From Spirogloea muscicola (lineage: Eukaryota), in assembly GCA_009602725.1 (NCBI GenBank), contig WELB01000032.1:550580-614579 (forward strand): 64,000 nt of DNA, in the 5' to 3' direction. Below are positions 54,909 to 64,000 of this stretch, piece after piece (within the stretch, counting starts at the first letter, position 1; every line of letters starts with the position of its first letter). The notes under the pieces were generated by a model. It saw only the letters and a list, made by a program, of their open reading frames with translations. It did no database searches and had not been told where the DNA came from. A program made the position numbers and the translations under genes.

Positions 54909-57900
54909 NCGGCGGTGGCGGCCCGCGCGCGCGCTCCTCGCGCCTTGCGCTCGGCAGCGGCGGCCTCCTGCTCGCCGGTGAGCCCCCGCGATCGGCCACT
55001 CACGGCGGGCGGCGCTGGCCATCGTGGCGGAGACGAGGAGCTGACGACGTGACGGTCCTGCTTGGCCAGCACCGTTGACGCACGGCGTGGCCGGGTACTG
55101 GCGGCACGGCGCCCGGGGGTGGCGCTTCTGGCAGCCCTTCCGCGGCGGCGCGCGCTTCGTGGCCGCGCAGGGCCTCGCCTGGCTCTTCTTCGGCCTCATG
55201 CTGCTGCCCTGGGCGCGCTTCCTCGCCTCCTCCCCCGCCGACCCCGACGCGCTGCCCGCCCGCACGCTGCTCCTCATCGGCACCTTCGGCGTCCTCTCCG
55301 AGGCCATGGTGAGCCTGCTCGGGCGCCGCCCGGCTCGCGCGCTTTCGGGCAAGCCCATGATGCCACTCTCACACTCCTGAGGAAATATGAACTGGGCTTT
55401 CCGAGAAACATGAACTTGGCTTCCTGAGGAGCAGGCCCTCGCGTTTCCTTCGCATTAGCAACCTGCAAGTGATACTGGGCGTCGTCTACCAGGTGGCGTT
55501 CTCGCTGCTCCTTTTCTCCCCAGCTGAGACGTCGCACAGCCCGCCCAAGTCCTCCAGTGGGCTGGCATCCTCGGGAAACGAGGAGGCTTCCCACAGCTCT
55601 GTCCTCTCGCCAGGCGTATCCAGGGAGGCGGACAGCGTGAAGCGGGTGCTGTTCCGGCCGAGGCCGGCAGATGGCGCTGATAAGCCCAAAGACGAGACGA
55701 CGACCTTCAGGCTTCTCATGGGCATAAACCTCGTGCTGGCCACGGTCTCCTGCATTCTTGCGGCAGCCTGCGACTTTTACAGCCACAGGCCTGCCCCGAG
55801 TACCAGCGAGAGCCCAGAAGAGCTCTCAGCTCCCACCTTACCGGTACAAAGCCATCCTTATGGCTGTCTGTTGGTCTAAAGCAAAGCTTGCATTCTCCAC
55901 AAGCGCAAGGCTTGCACAATCACAGCCTAGCTCTGAAGAGCAAGCTTGTGAAGCATCCTTCTGTGATCCTGGCTGTGAAGACTCAATATGCACTATCTAC
56001 TCCCCCAGGATGGCTGGCCAGGCCTCAGTGGCACAGCCACGGCAGGGGCAGCCTTGGCATGTGCCCTGTGCTTGGTAATTGCTGCCTTCCTCACGCACGG
56101 TGTTGGTGGGAAGCTGCGGTATAAGCATCTTGCTTATGAATTCTGGCAACCCTTTGCAGGCGGAGTTCTTTTTGTTGTCATACAGGTCAGTGAGTGTTGT
56201 CATCAAGTCAAGTGCAGTGCTGTGCTGCAAGGGGGCCATCAGACTAGCCGGCCTGATTGTGTTACGGACCCATTCACTACAGCCACTTGCTAACGGGGTA
56301 CATACTGTGTGTGCAGGCCATTGCATGGTCGCTATTTGGAGTGGCCTTACTTGTATTTAGCTCAGCCGCATATGTGGCATTCTTTCTAGCAGAGAAGTCG
56401 TTTGTGCTGGGCTCGGGTTTGCTTGCATCTGCAGGCATGAGTGGACTGGCAGCAGAAATACTTTTGATGGCCTCTCTTGTTGCCTACCGAGCCCCTACTA
56501 GAGCAGATTATGAGGTGAGTGTCTTATGATTGTTGGATAGCAGAACATGATGAAAGTAGAGGAGTGTCCAGCTCATTGACTTCAAGCCGCTTTATCTTTG
56601 TGGATAATGACTACATTGGCAACTCAGTCATGACCTGTACCTGCAGGTAGCTGAGTCTCTCCCAGGTGGCTCAGCTGAGCCACCTGATGGGCCTGAACCC
56701 ACCAGCGTCATCTCAACGCCGATGCTAGAGCAACACGGTATTACAGCAGAGCACGCCAGAGAAGCAAAGATTAAGCACGAGCCATCTCCTCTCTTACTTA
56801 GGATGCCAAGTCTTCGGCTACGGAGAGTTTATAATTATGCAGTGGAGGTTGTGAGACCTGCATACTGGGACCAATACTCTGAGCAGGTTGGTGAGGACAT
56901 ACACCGTCTTTGCAAGTATGTACTACCATGATATGATGTTGTTTGCCTTAGCAGATGCTTGTCAAGGACTTACTCTCTATCTCTGCGGATGACAGGTAGC
57001 GCGTCTTGGGCCTTGGCAGCTGAAGGAATCAAGTTTCGGGACATACCTCTGGTGGGCATATATTCGGGCCAGGTCATTGGCCTTATTTAGTATGGTTTAT
57101 GCAAATCACTTCTTTCTCATTAGCCTGCTCCTTGCACCTGCACTGCTACTCCCAGCATTTAAGGCCATACACGTCTACACCTTGGCAAGTACATTCTATC
57201 TCAGCACATACAGGGGCTCTCCTCATAAGACAGGGAGGAAGAAGTGGCCTTGGCTGGCCGACATGTGAGTTATTAGCTGCCCTTTGCCTTTGCAGCTCAC
57301 TGTAGCAGAACGGATCTGGTCGTTGTACTAGGCATCAGCCCCTTACACAGCAAGCCTGCCAGGCTGAGGTGCTTCTCCTGACTCAAGTCATTGCTGCCAT
57401 TCAGAGTAAGCAAGCTTCTTGAGGAAGCTTCGGTCTTACACTTCCGAGGCATGAAAATTGTCCGCGAATCCAGCGAGCCTCTAGATGCTTCTACACGATA
57501 TGTTTTTGGGTATCATGTGAGTGCTTATCTGACACTACCCACTGAGAACGTCCATGATAGGCACTGCCCTGACAGTAACATCTGAAAGCCAGAAGAAGTA
57601 TCGTTCTAAGCTCAAGCTAATTGTCCCCACCGTCTGTCCTTGTTGCTGTTCCAGCCCCACGGACTATTCCCAGCAACAGTTGCGTGGTTCTCGCTCACCA
57701 GAGCATGGAAGACTCTTTTTGCAGGAATCCAGCCAGTTGTCTTGGCTGCTACTGTCATCTTCTATGTTCCCATCCTGCGGGAGGTTGTGATGTGGTCAGG
57801 TGCGAGAGAAGTGTCTCGCAGTGTATTTAAGCACTCCCTCGAGAACGAGGGCGCAGTGATGATGTGCCCAGGTGGCCAGGTAGGTGTGCAGCCTGTCTCT

Positions 57901-58752
57901 AGCTGGTGGCTGGTCAAGGTCAGGAATCTGGCATACACGCCCGTTGCTTGCAGTGGTGTGCAGAGGTTACTCCTGAAGCATCGCCAGGTTGGGCTGTATC
58001 GTAGCTGTCAAAATGTTCTAATGGAAATGCCATGCACTGTGCAGTCTGAGCTTGCCTATCATCGAAAGGGTCAGACCAAGAAGATTGTACTGTGCGCTCG
58101 CAAGAAAGGCTTCATTCGACTAGCTGCAGAGGCAGGAGCCTCGCTGGTTCCAGTATTCTGCTTCGGTGAATCACGCTTGTTCGACAATCTCCTCGAGTGG
58201 CCCTATTTACAGGTATGCAGTGGAGGGTGACTCAAGCCTGGTCTGTGCCCTGAAGGCTTCAGTCTGCTCTGATGTTAAGAAGGGCTGTCGAGCTACCAAC
58301 CCTCAACTGCACAGTCACATTGATGTCAGTCAAGGCTGTCGTGCAGTAAGCTTAGATATTACGGCGCGATATGACAGTCTTTGCGTTGGATGCATACAGC
58401 TTTTCATGGGGGGTCTCAATCTTCATTGGTGTGAAGCCCATGCAAATGCCTGACAAGGCTTTGTGACTGTGCTTATGTTGTGCAGCGCTTTGCCTACAAG
58501 CGAATTGGCTTCCCAATACCTTTTCTGCCAATCGGTTATGGGGGCGTAGCTCCCCTTCCTCGTGCAGTTCCGGTCAGCATTGTGGTGGGAGTGCCAATCC
58601 CTACGGCGCACCTTGGCCGGAGCCCCTCGGAAGAGGATGTGGAGGCCTTGCGGCAAACTTACTACTGTGCATTGGTGGAGCTCTTTGAGCGGCACAAAGC
58701 GGCACATGGATTTGAGGGCGTGGACCTCATTCTGATGACAGGAGTGCGGTAG
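54804..58752 (+). CDS. DGAT2/MGAT-family acyltransferase with a duplicated multi-TM N-terminal module
   Basis: YVFGYH|PHGLFP, MCPGGQ|SE, RKKGFIRLA, LVPVFCFGE, VVGVPIP, LFERHK. The 5' end is disturbed by a poly-T run and a gap, so the start is uncertain. Confidence 0.8.
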
Positions 58753-58898
58753 AGCACGCTTTCCTGGAGAATAGGAGCACCGTACAATGAACAAGCTGGC
58801 ACATCGGGTTCGTCACCTGATGCCGAGGCTGCATACACAGGAGTTCCCATTTGTATTATGTTGAGGCACATCAGTTGCAGCGTCAGTGTTTCTGCGTT

Positions 58899-59166
58899 GC
58901 CCCGCTTGGTGGCCCGAGCAAGAGAGCCTCGAGGTGGGGTGGTCGCGGCGGACGTTCGGTGGGGCCGTCGGGGACGGGGGGCCGTCGCGACGTTCCCCAC
59001 CACACTCCGTTTCCACCAGCAGACGGCCCAGGCAGGTGGGCACGCTGGGGTTGGGGGTTGTGGTTTGGGACTGGCGCGGGTGCGCCACGTCTCGGCGGCC
59101 GCGTCGCGCGCGTGGCCGGCCCACCGTCTGGCGGCGGGCCTTTCTCGAACGGCCGCCAAGCGGGGC
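58899..59166. other. Highly self-complementary GC-rich element; candidate structured ncRNA or foldback element
   Basis: 16-bp terminal stem (58899-58914 with 59151-59166) enclosing several internal helices. No identifiable family motif. Confidence 0.4.
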
Positions 59167-59404
59167 GGGGTGTGGCAGCCGGGCCGATCTGACGTCCCCG
59201 AAAACCCTCCACTAAGAAGCGCTCCGGCCTATGGCTCCGCTAGCGTAGACATTAACACCCTCTGTAAGCGCTAGGCTGGCTTTTACAGCCGCTCATTTGA
59301 CGTCCAGAGTGGCGTCCGTCTTGGTCAGCTCCTCAACACCATCCCCCCCGCGCCCGCAAGCCGCCGCTGCTGCAGGCCGCCGCGCCAACCCGCGCGCGCC
59401 CGCC

Positions 59405-61751
59405 ATGGCGGCCGCCGCGGNCGGGCCTCGCGAGCGCTGCCGGCGGTGGCCTCCCCCGCCGCTCGCTCTCGCGGGGGGCGGCGCCACGGTGCGCCGGCTC
59501 TCGTCCGCAGCTCGCTGGCGGACCGCACGTACATGACGGCCGAGCAGGCGCTCACGTCCGCGGGCGTGGACACCAGCGACCCGCGCCTGGCGCTCGTCCT
59601 CGCCCTGGGCTCCCAGGCCGTGCGGCAGTCTGAGCGAGGTGCCCTGCTTGCATGAGCTCCTCTCTGCTTTGGTCTGTGCGTGCGGCGCCATCAGCGCTTC
59701 GCAATTGCCGCGCGACTGAGCTCTGGTTTGGCAGGAATTGGCCAATCGCCGTTCCCCTCGTAATATTGCTTGATCTGGCTGTCGACCTCTGCAGCGGTGC
59801 AGGGAGCTGCATCAGAGGTCTCAAAGTACGTCAAGCCGCGCAGGAATGACGGTCAGAGCCTGGAGGAGGCTCTCATGGCAGGTACGCCAGTGCCAAGCAA
59901 GCTGAAATCAAACACGAATTAGTTTCCAAGCAATTCAGCTGCTCACCTCAAAGCTATGGTGGCATCTTCTTACCTGGGGCTGAGTACCTGGTAGCCAGAG
60001 AGCTGGGCAAACTGCAGACTCCGTCACACTGTCTTGCACGTGCACCTTGAAGTCCTTCAGAACTTTGACACGTCGCTACTTTCAGTCTGTGAACGACGAT
60101 TGTGATTGTCTGTTGGCTTAATATGCAGTTCCTGATCTGGAGACAATACCCTCGAAAGTGGTCAAGAAGATGGCCGACTATGAGATCAGGGAAAATGATG
60201 TAAGCACTTTGTCCTACCCCCTCGAGGACCTTGGAGCAGATTGTGATGAAGCGCTAGGCATTGCCAAATCAATGAGGGTCACCTTCCACAGCTTGTGCGA
60301 CTTAAGGTTGTAGCTGTAGGATAATCTCAAGATCACGTGACGTAATTAAGCTTCTGTCTAGAGAGGTACTTCTGCGGAGCTTGTTGAATAGGCCCATGGT
60401 GGTGTGCACAGTCTTACATGGTTGCTGAGACGGAGATGCCAAGCACTCGGGGCTTTGATTTCTATGGAGCCTCGCAAGGTTTCAACATACTGGCTGGTTA
60501 TATCTTCGGCAAGGTACAATGTTAGGCAAATTGCTTATGTCAAGTTGATGGCTTGATGTGAAGGCTTTGGGACACGAAAGTTGGTAATACGACGAATCCT
60601 TACGAGGACAGCCTCGTTCCCTTGTTGACAGAATGCCAAGCGGGAAGAGATGCAGATGACCACCCCAGTGTTCACGCAGAAGGGAAGAGCCAGCAAGAAG
60701 GGAGAGATGATGGAGATGACAACCCCTGTTGTTACTCAGAAGGTGAGGCTCCTGACGAAGCCCAATCACTTGCAGTAACCTTCTAGACTTCTGACTTGAC
60801 AATAAGAGGCCTCAATCCAGATCTTTGCTTCAGCGATTTGAGAAGCTGACATGTTGCACATGTTGCATGTGGCATGTTGCAAAATGCAGGCTGGCGATCT
60901 TGAGAGATGGAAGATGTCATTTAACTTGCCATCTAAATACTCCAAGGAGACTGTGCCTGTCCCAATCGATACTCGTGTATCCGTTCACGAGGTCCCTCCA
61001 CAAACAGTTGCAGTGGTTGCATTTTCAGGCATGCCAATGAGCTCTTTGCCAGTTGCTTGCAACTTTTTGCCCATCGGTATAGCACATGAGTCGCAGGTCA
61101 TCAAGATGTTAACTGGCCATGCGTGGAAGAGAGTCAGGCCATGACGGTGTAGGACTTTGTGACTGTTGCTTTGCTTACTCTGGATAGTTGTTGGGCATAA
61201 CAGGCTTTGTGACAGATGACATCATTGTGCATGACAGGCTTTGTGACTGATGAAGAGGTGGAGCGCCGCACTGCTCGTTTGCGGGCATTTTTGGCGAGAG
61301 ACGGTGTGGCTGTGAAGGATGGAGCACGTGCACAAGTTTCTCAGGTGAGTGATCTGGATTGCAGTTTGGCTTAGCACATGATTGACCTCAGCACGTTAGT
61401 ATTTTAGAGCACACTGTACTTCGACTTCCATCCACGCTGGCTGCCATTGTTTTTGCATATATTTTGAGATTCAGGTTGTCTCATGAGTTTGCTTAAGTAC
61501 ATTCGTTTCATTGTCAAAGTCAGAAGCATGCGAAGGCAAGGAGTCCACGTACTTTGGAATCTTTGAAAGCCTTTTATTCAATATTAATATTTGCTGCAAA
61601 TCCACCACTTATGCATTCACAAGAGGGCAGTTGTCGTACTCACTATCCCGCTACTGTTTGGCTGTTACAGTACAACCCACCTTTCACCCTGCCCTTTATG
61701 CGGCGAAATGAGGTCGCCCTGCAGGTTGAATGGACAGGGGCTGGCAGCTAG
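59405..61751 (+). CDS. SOUL heme-binding family protein (At3g10130-like, plastid-type)
   Basis: [79 protein letters not shown]. Confidence 0.92.
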
Positions 61752-62371
61752 GGGGCCAGCTCAAGTGGCCACTGCCAATGGGCAAAGAGCATGGCAAGAC
61801 GACAGAGGCTTGCAAATGCAACAGCTTTATGAGTATAGCAGGGACAGCATGCTTGTGCCGGACATAAATACAATTTGACTTGCTAGTCAGTAAATCAAAC
61901 ACGCTTGTGTATGAAGTTGTCAAGATATACTCTTGACTGGTGACAAACACAACAGTGCATGTATGCAATACTGCAGCATGATTACTGAATATCATGCATT
62001 TATGCAACTTTTATTTCTTTAGTGAACCCCTGTATACTTGCAGTACTACATTACCTCATCTCAGAAATTTTGCAAATTTCTACAAATTGAATGCCCCGAC
62101 GTGGTGCACTTTGAATACATGGTCTTCCAAGCATTTTCAAAAAAAATCATCTACGCTCTGCTGTGAGGGCTTGAATAGGGTAAAATAGGCAAGCTCTTTG
62201 AGCTGCCAAAAAATGAACATCATGCACCTGCAAAAAGAATGATATATATGCACCTTGTGTACACTGCCTGGAATCAGCAACTTGGAGACGAGGTATTTAA
62301 TTATCGCCTCGCTTGTGATTGAAATGAGCCCACGGCATACTCCAATCTATGTGCTTTTGATGTATAAGAAC

Positions 62372-64000
62372 TCAATTATCAAAGTAGGTGTATGAACGCA
62401 GGCACTCCTGGAAATTAGCAAGAAGATTCTGTGCAGCATCAAGAGGAAGTTGGTCAACTGTAACTGCAGTCTCGGCAGCTTGGCGAAGACGTTCCATCAT
62501 ATCGCCTCCCTTATGCTGCACCATGCAGATATCTGTCAGCAGCTTTACACACTTACAGGACGTAAGCACTACCCAGTTTGACATCACCGCTTTATATGTA
62601 TGTCCTAGTATCTTGTCTGAGCACGTTCCTTCTGAACAGGTAACATGCAGGTTGTTGACTTACGTGAGCAGTGCAGAGCACTTCTTCCATGTTCTGCCCC
62701 TTGACCATGTGCTCAATGATGAACCTGCTCTTGTATCTGTGGCCGCTCCCGCCGTTTGCAACACTGCCCTTGGGCCGAGATCGCACATGCACTACATTTG
62801 TGCTGCCAAAGAGGTTGTGCAGACCCCCCATCGTCTCCTGAGTCGTAGTATTAGGAGCATTCATGTGAGGGCTTCACTCCAATCACACAATTGATGGACA
62901 CCCAAGAGGATGACAAGCGGAAGAGAAGCAACCCATCCAAAGCTACCAAAGTAAGATTCAATCAGCCATTGTGATTAGCCAACATGTCTTGCCTGGTATA
63001 CACCACCGAGGAAGAGGCCAAGGTAGTAAGGCTTCGCCGGGAGGAGCTGATGGAGCCGCAGGGTGTCGCTGCCGCACGACATGGGCGAGGAGGCCGAGGG
63101 CGGGCCGTGCCCAATGAAGCGGTGGATGCGGCCGTCCGAGTCGCAGGTCAGGTCTGCGAGCGTGGCGTGCACCAGCGGCTCCTCGTGCAGGCGCTGCAGG
63201 GGGACGATGGGGAAGACCTGGTCGATTGCCCACGCGTCAGGCACCGAGCGGAACACCGATAGATTGATGTGATACACCGCCGCCATGGACTTGCGGAGGG
63301 CAGCGAGCTCCTCGGGCAGCTCCCCTGCCTCCCAAGCATGAAGCAGCACGCGGTGGCATACCACCTGATGATACATGAAAAAGTCACAGTCAAGTATGCT
63401 TTCAGCTGTGACATTTTGTACGATATGTGGAATATTGCTAGTCATAATTTTGCAACTCATCTACCAAATTGTCGCCAGCATGCAATCTCCTCACCAACTC
63501 GGTGCATCTAGCCAAGCCATTGGAAGTGGTCGTTCAGTGGGCGGCAGTCCATGCCTGAAAGATGGACTCGGCCCGGGCGCGCTGCTCTAAGGTCAGGCAT
63601 CCGAGACGGAAGAGCTGCGCTGCTTCTGCACGGAACTGCTTGGCATCGTTGAAGGCCTCCTGGAAGTTCCCCGGCTTCATGGAGTTGTGCACCTCTTCAA
63701 AGGTGTGCAGCAAGTATTCCCCTGCAGTGAGGTGCGACGCATGGCCATTCGTGGAGCCACCGGTCTTCAAGCTGACCTGACCAGCAGCTTGTCCATTCCC
63801 AACAGCTGAATCCACAAGGACCTTCCCGGGCGGCGACATAATGTTGAGGTTTTCAAGCGCCCTCTCCTCAGAGTTCTGAGTGACGCCAAGCACATCGAAC
63901 ACCAGGACGCTGTGGTGCGACGCCAGCGCCCGACCTGACTCCGACAGGATGACGGGCTGCCGCACACCCTTCACAGTGCACGCGTCCAAGACTGCCGCGA
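62372..64000 (-). CDS. ADC: Arginine decarboxylase, 3' part (continues beyond the window)
   Basis: SESGRALASHHSVLVFDV, YHINLSVFRSVPDAWAIDQVFPI, DLTCDSDG, LGGVYQ|ETMGGLHNLFG, YTYFDN*. Confidence 0.95.

Noticed and set aside
54816..54909. Long poly-T run as a retrocopy tail or poly-Phe/poly-Lys coding tract
   Set aside because: It abuts an n gap inside a GC-rich first exon, has no attached element or TSD, and the local retroelements lack poly(A) tails. Most likely a sequencing or assembly artefact.
58899..59166. Specific identity as telomerase, SRP, MRP or U3 RNA
   Set aside because: No CCCTAAA template, no MRP P4 motifs, no U3 boxes, only a loose ggtggaaacggag resemblance to SRP helix 8, and no convincing USE/TATA spacing. 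Kept only as an unassigned candidate.

Overview
Intron-rich eukaryotic nuclear DNA with plant-type housekeeping genes, GC-rich first exons and small assembly gaps; a streptophyte green alga is my inference, not provable from this window. About 18 host genes are recognisable: PIG-X, a capless HAD-like gene, two mirrored divergent H4/H2B pairs, Tim21-like, glucuronokinase, UPF2, half-size ABCD, NDUFA7, OBGC2, RD19-like protease, ankyrin protein, RBM28/NOP4, a DGAT2-family fusion, SOUL and ADC. The most striking signal is a set of at least five, probably seven, diverged CRE-like non-LTR retrotransposon families (RT plus restriction-like endonuclease). Five of them share a C-terminal SDxxxL(T/S)RGY-stop peptide and several share a 3'-UTR GGGCTG..CAGCC hairpin. 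Their heavily 5'-truncated 3' ends are nested into one another with 7-10 bp target-site duplications and stack almost exclusively just upstream of gene starts: 12 of 13 non-histone genes with a visible 5' end, and none that I saw in introns or convergent 3' gaps. One stack is a ~5 kb head-to-tail multi-family train upstream of ABCD. A separate ~270-nt highly self-complementary element at 58899-59166 is a candidate structured RNA. Gene spans are start-to-stop including introns, and family letters A-H are my own labels.
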